From NCBI GenBank assembly GCA_965243025.1, contig CBDETY010000003.1:4608001-4672000 (forward strand): 64,000 nt of DNA. Direction: 5' to 3'. Origin of the DNA: Candidatus Latescibacterota bacterium. Lineage in GTDB: Bacteria > Latescibacterota > UBA2968 > UBA8231. The position numbers and the translations under genes were made by a program. Shown here one piece after another: positions 37,802-46,902 of this stretch (positions within the stretch are counted from its first letter, which is position 1; the number at the start of each line of letters is the position of its first letter). Under the pieces are notes generated by a model that was not told the DNA's origin, searched no databases, and saw nothing but the letters and a program-made list of their open reading frames with translations.

Positions 37802-38218
37802 TCAATCGGCTTTGCCGCCGGCGAACTGCCGCAGCCGCGCCGCGATTTCGTCGCGCACCCGGCGAAACACCGCCATGCGTTCGTCGCGCGAGCCGGTCGC
37901 TGCGGCCGGGTCGTCGAAGCTCCAGTGGTGCTGCCGGCCTCCCGGCAGAAGCGGACAGGTCTCGCGGGCGTGGTCGCACACGGTGATGACGTGATCGAAG
38001 GTCTGGCCGCGGTATATCTCGACCGACTCGGACCGCTGGCCGCTGATGTCGATGCCGATCTCCCGCATCGCCTCGACCGCCATCGGGTTGAGTCCGTGGG
38101 GCTCGGTGCCGGCGCTGAACGCCTCGCAGGCGCCGCCGCCCAGCGAGCGCAGCAGGCCCTCGGCCATCTGGCTGCGGCAGGAGTTGCCCGTGCACAGGAA
38201 GAGGACTCTTTCAGGCAT
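37802..38218 (-). CDS. arsC: Thioredoxin-coupled arsenate reductase (LMW-PTP fold)
   Basis: CTGNSCRS, TVCDHARETCP, HWSFDDP; three redox Cys. Confidence 0.9.
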   Translation of the reverse strand: MPERVLFLCTGNSCRSQMAEGLLRSLGGGACEAFSAGTEPHGLNPMAVEAMREIGIDISGQRSESVEIYRGQTFDHVITVCDHARETCPLLPGGRQHHWSFDDPAAATGSRDERMAVFRRVRDEIAARLRQFAGGKAD

Positions 38219-38885
38219 CTTCGTCTTTCGCCGACCCGGGCCCGGCAGGGCTGCGGCTTCGCCAGACCCGGTGAATCAACCCCGCGGCCGCGGCCCCGGC
38301 GAAGGTGCCGGTGAAGTAGATCCAGAAAAGGTTCAGGGTGTCGGTGAACAGGGCCGGCCCCAGGGTGCGCGCCGGGTTCAGGGAGGCGCCGGTCAGCGGC
38401 CCCCCCATCAGGATGCAGAAGATGAGGGTGAAGCCGACGATGATCGGCGCGAGGTTCCCCGCCCGGCCGCTGGCGGGAACGGCGAGAACGGCGTTGACGA
38501 GAATGAAGGTGAGGACCGCCTCGAGGAGCAGTCCCTTTCCCGGCGAGATCCCCTCGGCCAGGACGGTGGCGCCCAGCGAAGACTCGGCGCCGAGAAGAAA
38601 GAAGAGCAGTGCCCCCCCGGCGATGCCGCCGGTCAACTGCGCTGCCCAGTACGCCGCCATCTTCCCCGGCTTCATCTCGCCGGCGACGAACAGCCCGAAG
38701 CTGACCGCGGGGTTGAGGTAGCTGCCGCTGAGGGAGCCGTACCCGTACGGGTAGGCGATCACGACGAAACCGTGGGCAAAAGCGGCCCCGATCAGTCCGC
38801 CGACGCCCACGGCGACCGCTCCGGCGCCGATGAAGATGAGTAGGAAGGTGCCGAAGACCTCGGCTGCGAACGCCTTGAAATCCAT
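38211..38885 (-). CDS. MIP family aquaporin/aquaglyceroporin
   Basis: AEVFGTF and two NPA motifs (YLNPAVS, SLNPART); ATG 38885. Confidence 0.92.
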   Translation of the reverse strand: MDFKAFAAEVFGTFLLIFIGAGAVAVGVGGLIGAAFAHGFVVIAYPYGYGSLSGSYLNPAVSFGLFVAGEMKPGKMAAYWAAQLTGGIAGGALLFFLLGAESSLGATVLAEGISPGKGLLLEAVLTFILVNAVLAVPASGRAGNLAPIIVGFTLIFCILMGGPLTGASLNPARTLGPALFTDTLNLFWIYFTGTFAGAAAAGLIHRVWRSRSPAGPGSAKDEDA

Positions 38886-39111
38886 GAACCCGTGCTGCTG
38901 TTGCTGGTGAGGCGGTACCGGCAGGGATTCTGGCGGGGCCGGAACCGGAGTTGAAACTCGACCTGACCGCGAAGCCGGGTCAAGCTCCCCGTTCCGGCGC
39001 TTACCCCGGTTTTTCCGGAAACTTATATTTCGCCGTTCTTCACCTCGACCCTCTTCCGATTCCAACTCCTGACGCTCATCGATGCCGGCCGCGGACGCCC
39101 CTGAGAACCGC

Positions 39112-40194
39112 ATGCGCCTGCTGTTCCTGGCGCGGCGCTACCCCCCTTCGGTCGGCGGCATTCAGACCCACTGCCACAAGCTCTACAGCCGCCTCAGCCG
39201 GCAGTACCCCGTCACCCTCGTAGCCCTCGGCAGAGACTCGCTGCTGCACCTCGCCTGGTTCCTCCCCTGGGTTGCGGTGCGGACCCTTGCCGCCCTGGTC
39301 TTTCGCCGCGTCGATGCCGTGTACTTCGCCGACGGCGTGGTCTGCGCCCTGGCCCCGGTTTTACGCCCATTCAAGGGCAGAGCCCGCTTCGTCGTAACCA
39401 TCTACGGCCTCGAAATGACCTACCGGAGCGCTCTTGCCCGGGGGCTGATGAAGAGCGGATGCCGCTGTTGCGAGCGCATCGTCCTCATCAGCGAGCACAC
39501 GCGGAACCTCGCCCTGGCCTGGGGGCTGCCGCCGGAGCGGCTGCGGGTCGTCTACGTCGGGGTCGAACCGGCCGAACCGGCCGCGCAGCGCTGCGCGGAG
39601 CTGCGGGCCGAATTCGAGGAGCGCACCGGCGTGGCGTTCGCGTCGGAGAAGGTGCTGCTCAACATCGGCAGGCAGGTGCGCCGCAAGGGAATGGTCCCCT
39701 TCGTCGAGCAGGGGCTGCCCCTCCTGGAGTCCGACATCCGCCTGATCATCGCCGGCGGCGGCCCCGACATGCCGCGGCTGCGCGAGCTGGCGTCGCGCCC
39801 CGAGACCGCTTCCCGCATCCTGATCGTCGACGCCCCGGACGACGATGCCGCCGCCATGCTGCGGCGCAGCGCCGGCCTCTTCGTGATGCCGAACGTGCCG
39901 ATGGCAGACGACGTCGAGGGGTACGGGATCACCCCCCTGGAGAGCATGCATTCCGAAACCCCCGTGGTCGCCTTCGCGGTCGACGCCCTGGTCGAGAGCA
40001 TCCGCGAGGGAGGCTGGCTCGTCCCCGCCGGCGACTATTCCGCCTTCGCCGGCCGCATCCACGAGTTCTTCTCGCTCGGAGAACCCCGGCGCGCCGAGCT
40101 GGGCCGCGAGGCGCGGCAGTACGTGCTGCGCGAGTACGGCTGGGACAAGAGCGCCCGCGAGTACGCCGCGATCTTCGCCGGCGATTCCCCCTGA
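39112..40194 (+). CDS. Glycosyltransferase family 4 (PimB-like)
   Basis: YPPSVGGIQ, GRQVRRKG, EGYGITPLES. Alternative ATG at 39082. Confidence 0.88.
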   Translation: MRLLFLARRYPPSVGGIQTHCHKLYSRLSRQYPVTLVALGRDSLLHLAWFLPWVAVRTLAALVFRRVDAVYFADGVVCALAPVLRPFKGRARFVVTIYGLEMTYRSALARGLMKSGCRCCERIVLISEHTRNLALAWGLPPERLRVVYVGVEPAEPAAQRCAELRAEFEERTGVAFASEKVLLNIGRQVRRKGMVPFVEQGLPLLESDIRLIIAGGGPDMPRLRELASRPETASRILIVDAPDDDAAAMLRRSAGLFVMPNVPMADDVEGYGITPLESMHSETPVVAFAVDALVESIREGGWLVPAGDYSAFAGRIHEFFSLGEPRRAELGREARQYVLREYGWDKSAREYAAIFAGDSP

Positions 40195-40212
40195 AACCGA
40201 AGGAGCATTCCC

Positions 40213-41262
40213 GTGCGCGTCACCGACCTGGACACCCCCGCCCTCACCGTCGATCTCGACGGCCTCGAACGGAACATCACACAGCTGCAGGAGGCGTGCG
40301 ACCGGCTCGACATCTCCCTGCGCGTGCACACCAAGACGCACAAGACCCCGGCGATCGCCCACCGGCAGGTGGACGCCGGGGCGATCGGCATCGTCAGCCA
40401 GAAGCTGGGGGAGGCCGAGGCGATGGCGGCCGCCGGCATCGAGGACATCCTCGTCCCCTACAACATCGTCGGCAGGCCGAAGCTCGAGCGCCTGTCCCGC
40501 CTGGTGCGGTCGGGAACGTCGACGGTCACGGTGGCCGCCGACTCGGAAGCCACGGTGGAAGGGCTGTCGGCGCAGGCCGCCCGCGACGGCTGCACCTTCC
40601 GCGTCATCGTCGAAATGGACACCGGCAGCCGGCGCGTCGGAGTGCAATCCCCCCCCGAGACCCTGGCTCTCGCCCAGACCATTGACCGGCTGCCTGGGCT
40701 GCGTTTCTGCGGCGTCATGACCTACCCGAGCCACGAGCCGGCGCGGCCCTTCCTCGACGAGGTGAGAGCCCTGACCGCCGCGGCCGGGCTGCCGCTGGAG
40801 ATCGTCAGCGGCGGGGGAACGGGAAGCGAGGAGATCTCGAAGTCCCTCGGCTGCACCGAGACCCGCATCGGCTCGTACGCTTACGAAGGAATGACCCGGG
40901 TGGGAAAACCGGAGGACCTCGACCCGGTGCGATGCCCCCTGCGCATGATGGTGACGGTGGTGAGCACCTCGGTCCCGGGACAGATCATCGTCGACGCCGG
41001 GATGAAGGCGTTCACCAGCTACCCGCCGACTCCGTACGGCTACTGCATCGAGCACCCGGAGATCGCCATCAGGAAGATGTCGGTGGAGCACGGCCACATA
41101 GACATCGCCGGGTCGTCCCATAGATTTGCTGTGGGCGACATGCTGTCGTTCATACCGCTGCACGGCGGCATGACCACCAACCTCCACGACCGCATCTACG
41201 CGGTGCGCAACGGCGAGGTCGAGGAGGTCTGGGAGGTCGCCGGCCGCGGCCGGGGGCAGTAA
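40213..41262 (+). CDS. PLP fold-type III D-threonine aldolase / D-serine dehydratase (DSD1)-like enzyme
   Basis: Motifs LDTPAL, HTKTHK, SGGGT, SVEHG. Confidence 0.88.
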   Translation: MRVTDLDTPALTVDLDGLERNITQLQEACDRLDISLRVHTKTHKTPAIAHRQVDAGAIGIVSQKLGEAEAMAAAGIEDILVPYNIVGRPKLERLSRLVRSGTSTVTVAADSEATVEGLSAQAARDGCTFRVIVEMDTGSRRVGVQSPPETLALAQTIDRLPGLRFCGVMTYPSHEPARPFLDEVRALTAAAGLPLEIVSGGGTGSEEISKSLGCTETRIGSYAYEGMTRVGKPEDLDPVRCPLRMMVTVVSTSVPGQIIVDAGMKAFTSYPPTPYGYCIEHPEIAIRKMSVEHGHIDIAGSSHRFAVGDMLSFIPLHGGMTTNLHDRIYAVRNGEVEEVWEVAGRGRGQ

Positions 41263-41274
41263 CCAACGGGAAGG

Positions 41275-42171
41275 ATGGCGAGCGCTATGGAAATGACATC
41301 CCGGGTGATCGACGTAGATTCCGGCAACTTCGAGGAGGTCGTGCTCCAAGGGTCGAGCGAGCGCGTCGTCGTCGTCGACTTCTGGGCCCCCTGGTGCGGG
41401 CCCTGCAAGACCCTGGGACCGGTGCTCGAGGAGGTCGTCACGGCGCTCGGGCCGGGGGTGGCCCTGGCCAAGGTCAACGTCGACGACAACCAGGACCTGG
41501 CGATGGCGTTCCGCGTCCAGGGAATTCCCGCGGTCAAGATCGTCAAGGACGGCCAGCTCGTCGACGAGTTCACCGGGGCGCTGCCGCGGCAGCAGATCGA
41601 GGAGGTGCTGAGGCGCCACGTCCCCGGGGCGCCCCCGAGCGAAGAGGAGGTCGCAGGCGACCTCGTCGAGGCCGGCAGGGGGCGCATCGACGCCGGCGAC
41701 CTCGCCGGGGCCGCGTCCCTGTTCGAGCAAGCCCTGCGAGGCGACGAGGACAACGGCGCCGCCTGGGTGGGGCTTGCCCGCGTGCGCTTGCTGGAGAACC
41801 GCTTCGACGAAGTGCACGAGCTGGTAGGAAAGATCGAGCAGGGCACCAGCGAGTACGACCAGGGCCAGGCCCTGCTCAAGCAGCTCGAGTTCCACCGCCT
41901 GTGCGAGGAGGCCGGGGGGCGCCGGGCCTGCGCCGGGCGCCTGCTCGCCGACGCCTCGGACCTTAAGGCCCGCTACCGGCTCGGTTGCTGCGCCGCGGCG
42001 GACGGCGACTACGCCACCGCCCTGCGCGAGTGGTTCCAGGTGCTCGAGAAGGACGGCAGTTTCGGCCAGGGGACCGCCAGGGATGCGATGGTGTCGGTCT
42101 TTCACCTGCTCGGCCGCCACCACCCCGTCGTCGGCGACTACCCGCAGCGGGTGTACCGCCTTCTCTACTGA
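41275..42171 (+). CDS. cnoX: Thioredoxin-TPR chaperedoxin (YbbN/CnoX)
   Basis: WAPWCGPC thioredoxin domain plus C-terminal TPRs ending R..LY. Confidence 0.85.
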   Translation: MASAMEMTSRVIDVDSGNFEEVVLQGSSERVVVVDFWAPWCGPCKTLGPVLEEVVTALGPGVALAKVNVDDNQDLAMAFRVQGIPAVKIVKDGQLVDEFTGALPRQQIEEVLRRHVPGAPPSEEEVAGDLVEAGRGRIDAGDLAGAASLFEQALRGDEDNGAAWVGLARVRLLENRFDEVHELVGKIEQGTSEYDQGQALLKQLEFHRLCEEAGGRRACAGRLLADASDLKARYRLGCCAAADGDYATALREWFQVLEKDGSFGQGTARDAMVSVFHLLGRHHPVVGDYPQRVYRLLY

Positions 42172-42320
42172 GAAGGATTCACACAGCCCGGCCTTCATCC
42201 ACCGGGGGTCGGTCAACGACGAGAAACTACTGACCCGCTCCTGGAGGCGCCGGACGGGCCGGAGTACCGTCAACCGCTTCCTTTCCGCGGGGAAGTACGA
42301 GCCCCTCGCTGCGCGGGATC

Positions 42321-43502
42321 CTACCAGAAGGACTTGCCGGTCCAGGGGTGCCGCAGCACCTCGTCCCAGTCGAGCTCGGTGCCCCACCCCGGGGCCGCCG
42401 GAGTCTTCATCGCCCCCGACTCGATCTCCGGCAGGTTGGTCACCAGTTCGTCCTTCCACGGCACGTCGTCGACGTCGATCTCCATGATGTGAACGTTGGG
42501 CAGCACCGCGCACAGGCTGGCGCCTATGAAGGTCGCCAGGTGGCTGTAGTAGTTGTGCGGGGCGACGTTGTGCTGAAAGGTCTCGGCGAGGTCGCCGATC
42601 TTCTTCGCCTGCGAGAAGCCGTTCCAGGGGACGTCGATCATGTACACGTCCGCGGCCCTGGCCCGGAAGTACGGCAGGTATTCCCGCATGTAGTAGAGGT
42701 TTTCCCCGGTGCAGATCGGGATGCCGGTGTTCTCGCGGACGTGGCGGATCGCCTCGCAGTCGTAGAGGTCGATCTCGAGCCACATCAGCTCGAACGGCTC
42801 GAGAGCGCGGGCGAGGCGCACGGCGGCTTCCGGCTTGAAGTTGAAGTTGAGGTCGAGGGCTATCTCGGCGGCTGCCCCGGTCCCCTCGCGGAAGGCCCCT
42901 ATCTGGGCGGCGACGTGGTCGATCAGCCCGCGGCTCACCGTCTGGTCGGTGGTCCCCCCCTGCCCGAAGCAGGGGAAGTAGACCGACGCCGGCTCCCCCG
43001 GAAAAACGATGTTGGTCTTCAGCGCGGTGTACCCCCTGGCGACCACTTCCCTGCCGAGAGCGGCGATGTCGTCGAGGGTGCGCAGCGGGGGCGCCCCGAG
43101 CAGCTCGTGGTTCAGCGCCCGGGAGGTGCCGCAGTGCGACCAGTAGAGGCGCACCCGGTCGCGGGTGGGGCCTCCGAACAGCTCGGTTACCGAAATGCCG
43201 AGGGCGCGCGCCTTGGCGTCGACGAGGGCGAGCTCGATGCCGGCGATCGCCTTGGCGGCGATTCCCCCCGGGCTCTGCCGCGAGCCGCGGATCATGTCCT
43301 GGAAGCGCGTCTCGTAGGCGCGCGGGTCCGCTCCGAGGAGAAGCGGCTTCAGGTCGTCGATGGCCCCGGCCACTCCCAGGGGATTCTTGCCGTCGCTGCA
43401 CTCGCCGTAGCCGGTGACGCCGGTATCGGTCTCGACCCTGACGAACAGCCAGGGCCGCCAGCCGGCGTCGACGACCGCGGTCTCGATGCGGGTGATCTTC
43501 AA
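42321..43502 (-). CDS. Mandelate racemase/muconate lactonizing (enolase superfamily) enzyme
   Basis: GYGEC, ALKTN, DLN, WLE, TGEN, HN; TTG start. Confidence 0.9.
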   Translation of the reverse strand: MKITRIETAVVDAGWRPWLFVRVETDTGVTGYGECSDGKNPLGVAGAIDDLKPLLLGADPRAYETRFQDMIRGSRQSPGGIAAKAIAGIELALVDAKARALGISVTELFGGPTRDRVRLYWSHCGTSRALNHELLGAPPLRTLDDIAALGREVVARGYTALKTNIVFPGEPASVYFPCFGQGGTTDQTVSRGLIDHVAAQIGAFREGTGAAAEIALDLNFNFKPEAAVRLARALEPFELMWLEIDLYDCEAIRHVRENTGIPICTGENLYYMREYLPYFRARAADVYMIDVPWNGFSQAKKIGDLAETFQHNVAPHNYYSHLATFIGASLCAVLPNVHIMEIDVDDVPWKDELVTNLPEIESGAMKTPAAPGWGTELDWDEVLRHPWTGKSFW

Positions 43503-43520
43503 AGGAGTGCCTTCCCCCCC

Positions 43521-45143
43521 TCAACCGCCGGGGATTCCGCCGGCGACGGGAACGTGGACGAGGGCCGGGACTTCCGCCGCGAGACCGGCTGCCAGAGCCT
43601 TCGGCAGCTCGCCGCGGTCCTCGACGCGGGTGCCGAGGGCTCCGAATGCGCGCGCCGCGGCGGCGAAGTCGACCGGCCCGAGGCGGCTGCTCATCGCCTC
43701 GCCGTAGGCTTTCAGGTGGCCGCTCTCGGTGATCCCCCAGCTCTCGTCGTCGGCGACCACCATCAGGAACGGGAGCTTCTGGCGCACGGCGCACTCGAGG
43801 TCGGGGAGGTTGAAGGTGGCGGCGCCGTCCCCGGACAGCAGCGCCACCGGACGCTGCGGGAACCCGGCGCGCGCCGCCATGGCCGCCCCGATGCCGTAGC
43901 CGACGACGCCGCTGGCGCCGCAGGTCAGCGTCAGCCCGGAGTAGCGCTCCCGCCCGGCAGTCTGGTGAAACCACTGGCCGATGTTGCCGCCGTCGACGAC
44001 GAGGACCGCCTCCTCGCCGGCCGCGGCTGCGAGGGCTTCGACGACGTCGAGGGACTGCAGCCCGCCGGAGCGGTCCACGGCCCCCGTAATCTCGCGGCGG
44101 TGGGCGTCGACGCGGGAACGGGTCTCGGCGAGCCAGCTCTCGAACCCCCGGATCTGCCGTTCGGCGCAGGCCCGGTCGAGCTGTTCCAGGGCCGCGGCCG
44201 GATCGGCGAGGATCGACAGCCCGTTCGACGGCAGGTGGTGCAGGCGCCCGGGGTCGATGTCGATGCGGATGACGGCGGCGTCCCGGGAGACTTCCGGAGG
44301 CCGCAGGAAGCCGACCCGGTAGTCGGCGGCCGCCCCGACCAGGAGCAGCAGGTCCGCGTCCGCGAGGATGTCCGGCCCGCCGCTGGCGGCGCCGACCACC
44401 CCGAGGAACTCCGCCCGCCTGCTGCTGACGCAGCCGCGGTCCCAGATCGGCACGACGAACGGAACGGCGAAAGCGGTGCAGAAGTCGGCGAGGACCTCCC
44501 CGGCCCCGGAGTACCAGGCCCCGCTGCCGGCCACAAGGAGCGGACGCTCGGCCGCTGCAAGCATCTTCGCCGCCCTGGCGACGCCGGCCTCGTCGGCACG
44601 GGCCCGGTCCTCCCGGCGGCCCGGCGGAGCGGGGACCTCGGCCTCGACCTCGGCCTCCTGGACATCCATCGGAAAGGTCAGATGCACCGGTCCGGGCCGC
44701 CCGCTGCGGGCGCTTTCGAAGGCCTCGCGCACCTGCCCGGGGATGCGTTCTGGTATGTCGAGGACGCGCGCGTACTTGCAGACCGGGGCGGCCAGGGCCA
44801 CCTGCTCGAAGTCCTGGAAATGCCCCATCCCCGCCGTTGCCAGCGGCCCCGAGCCGGTCAGCAGCAGCATCGGGGCGCCGTCGAAGTGGGCGTTGACGAC
44901 GCCGGTCAGGGCGTTGGCGTGGGCGACGCCGCTGCTGACCGCGCAGACCCCGGCCTCGCCGCTCATGCGGCCCCAGCTCTCGGCCATGTAGGCGGCGGTC
45001 TGCTCGTTGCGGGTGTCGATCAGGCGGATGCCGGCGCGGCCGCAGGCGGCGTACACCTCGTTGAGGCCGTGGCCGCACAGGGTCGAGATCCACTCGACGC
45101 GCAGGCTCGCCAGCGTCTGCGCCAGCAGGTCGGCGCCGTTCAT
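43521..45143 (-). CDS. ThDP-dependent enzyme (acetolactate synthase / 2-hydroxyacyl-CoA lyase-like)
   Basis: MNGADLL, RNEQTAAYMA, GRPGPVHL, SGDGA...DDESWG. Confidence 0.88.
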   Translation of the reverse strand: MNGADLLAQTLASLRVEWISTLCGHGLNEVYAACGRAGIRLIDTRNEQTAAYMAESWGRMSGEAGVCAVSSGVAHANALTGVVNAHFDGAPMLLLTGSGPLATAGMGHFQDFEQVALAAPVCKYARVLDIPERIPGQVREAFESARSGRPGPVHLTFPMDVQEAEVEAEVPAPPGRREDRARADEAGVARAAKMLAAAERPLLVAGSGAWYSGAGEVLADFCTAFAVPFVVPIWDRGCVSSRRAEFLGVVGAASGGPDILADADLLLLVGAAADYRVGFLRPPEVSRDAAVIRIDIDPGRLHHLPSNGLSILADPAAALEQLDRACAERQIRGFESWLAETRSRVDAHRREITGAVDRSGGLQSLDVVEALAAAAGEEAVLVVDGGNIGQWFHQTAGRERYSGLTLTCGASGVVGYGIGAAMAARAGFPQRPVALLSGDGAATFNLPDLECAVRQKLPFLMVVADDESWGITESGHLKAYGEAMSSRLGPVDFAAAARAFGALGTRVEDRGELPKALAAGLAAEVPALVHVPVAGGIPGG

Positions 45144-45386
45144 GGAGACAGCGGACGGATACGGGGCGGGAGGGAACTGCCTGTTCTGCAACAAGCGGGC
45201 ATGGGACAGCACCTTACTGCTGCGGCAGTCGAGGGTCAAGCGCACCGGTGCAGGACGGTTCCGCCGCCGGCCGGGGGCTCAAAGACCGGTCCGGCCGGTA
45301 CACCCGCGTGCCATGTCGCCGCGCCCGGTTTAACTTGTTGCCGCCTGACGAAAATCTACGCCCCACCCTCACCGGATCCGGAGAAC

Positions 45387-46739
45387 ATGGTGACCGAATC
45401 GCAAACCGGCGCCGCCGCGGTAGGGGACGCCGCCCGATCGAAGGTCCCGCTGTCCCATCGCCTGGGTTTCTGGAACAACTGCGTCGTCCTCTGGGGCTGG
45501 GTGCTGGTGCTGTCCAGCTTCCTCGTCGGGGGCATGGTGGGCAAGACGTTCCCCCTGCAGATGGCGGTGCCGATCATCTTCTTCGGCACCCTGTGCAACG
45601 CCATCGTCGGGGTCCTCATCGGGTCGGCGGCCGCCCGCACCGGGTATTCCAGCGCCCTCCTCTACCGCTACACCTTCGGCCGCAAGGGGGTGATCCTTCC
45701 CAACGTCCTGATGGGGCTGACCAACATGGGCTGGTTCGCCCTCATCCTCAACATCACCCGCGACGGGCTGGTCGCCCATTACGGCGCCGAGACCGGCGGC
45801 GCCCTGTGGCTGTGGTCGACCGTCGTCATCGGGGCGCTGTTCATCCTGCCCGCGGCGATCCGCATCCGCTGGATCGCCTACGTCGACTGGTTCGCGGTGC
45901 CGGGCTTCATGGCGATCTTCCTGCTCGTGCTGACGACGACGCTGTCGGCTGCCGGCGGGTTCGGCCCGCTGTGGAACAAGTGGTCCGACCCGGGCAAGCC
46001 GGTATTCATCGGCTTCGACATGGCCGCCGGCGGCTGGCTCGTCGGGGTCACCATCATCGCCGACCTGGCGCGGTTCTGGAAAAACGCCAAACACGCCATC
46101 TTCGGCATCATGTCGGCGTACGTCGGCCTGGTGACGATCCAGTACTGGGGGGGCGCGATCAGCGCCGCGCATACAGGGGAATGGAACCTTTTCCTGATCG
46201 CCAATTCCCTGGGACTGGGCATACTCGCCTGGCTGGCGCTCTGGTTCGGCGCCCAGTCCACGGTCCAGGGGGGCACGTACGCTTCCGGGCTTGCGTTTTC
46301 GGCGCCGCCGATTCCCATGGTCCGGAGCCAGGAGTTCATGCGCCGGCTGGCGACCGTCGGCGTCGGAGTGGTCGGCTTCATCGGCAGCTACCTCGGCCTC
46401 GACCAGATCGCGCTCTGGTGGGTGCAGTTCCTCTCCTGGGTCGTCGGCCCGATCGCCGTCACCGTCATCCTCGACTACTGGGCGTTTCCCGGCCGCCGCC
46501 TGCTCTACGAGCGCGCCGACGGGGCCGACATGAACCTCAACCCGGCCGCGTTCGCCGCCTGGATCGTCGGTTTCCTGACCGGGTTCTACGTCGGCGGCAA
46601 CGAGATCTTCAGCGGTCTGCTGTGCTCGATGTCCGCGGCCGGTCTGATCTATTTCGTGTGGATGAAGACGGCCCTCGCCAAAGGCACCACACCCGAGGCG
46701 CAGTTGTTCGGCGCCGGAAACAGAACGGAGGCGGCATGA
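45387..46739 (+). CDS. NCS1 / cytosine permease (CodB-like) transporter
   Basis: About 12 TMs; RYTFGRKG, GWF, ADLARF, LDY..NPAAFAAW. Confidence 0.85.
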   Translation: MVTESQTGAAAVGDAARSKVPLSHRLGFWNNCVVLWGWVLVLSSFLVGGMVGKTFPLQMAVPIIFFGTLCNAIVGVLIGSAAARTGYSSALLYRYTFGRKGVILPNVLMGLTNMGWFALILNITRDGLVAHYGAETGGALWLWSTVVIGALFILPAAIRIRWIAYVDWFAVPGFMAIFLLVLTTTLSAAGGFGPLWNKWSDPGKPVFIGFDMAAGGWLVGVTIIADLARFWKNAKHAIFGIMSAYVGLVTIQYWGGAISAAHTGEWNLFLIANSLGLGILAWLALWFGAQSTVQGGTYASGLAFSAPPIPMVRSQEFMRRLATVGVGVVGFIGSYLGLDQIALWWVQFLSWVVGPIAVTVILDYWAFPGRRLLYERADGADMNLNPAAFAAWIVGFLTGFYVGGNEIFSGLLCSMSAAGLIYFVWMKTALAKGTTPEAQLFGAGNRTEAA

Positions 46740-46879
46740 CGGCACTGGCATGGCTCACCATTCTCGCCGAGGTGGTGCTGGCAATCTGGGTCGTCCGCCT
46801 CGTGTGGCGCACCGAAACCGAGCGGCCGACCGAGGAGATCGTCCCCGCCGGGGACGACGACGTGGAGCTCGTCGGTTAG
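46736..46879 (+). CDS. Small 47-aa single-TM protein coupled to the permease
   Basis: GGAGG then ATGA overlap; MTALAWLTILAEVVLAIWVVRLVWRTETERPTEEIVPAGDDDVELVG. Confidence 0.7.
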   Translation: MTALAWLTILAEVVLAIWVVRLVWRTETERPTEEIVPAGDDDVELVG

Positions 46880-46902
46880 CGGGTTCGGCCGAAGCGAAGA
46901 GC

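Noticed and set aside
38886-39113. N-terminal extension of the aquaporin ORF containing HQQQQH
   Set aside because: Not MIP-like and overlaps the divergent GT start region; ATG 38885 gives a normal-length channel.
39361-46739. Very long ORFs of 1910 aa (-) and 1463 aa (+), plus many other Arg/Gly/Pro-rich overlapping ORFs across the window
   Set aside because: These are shadow frames of real high-GC genes with no family motifs. Only the C-terminal part of the 1463-aa ORF (from 45387) is a real gene.
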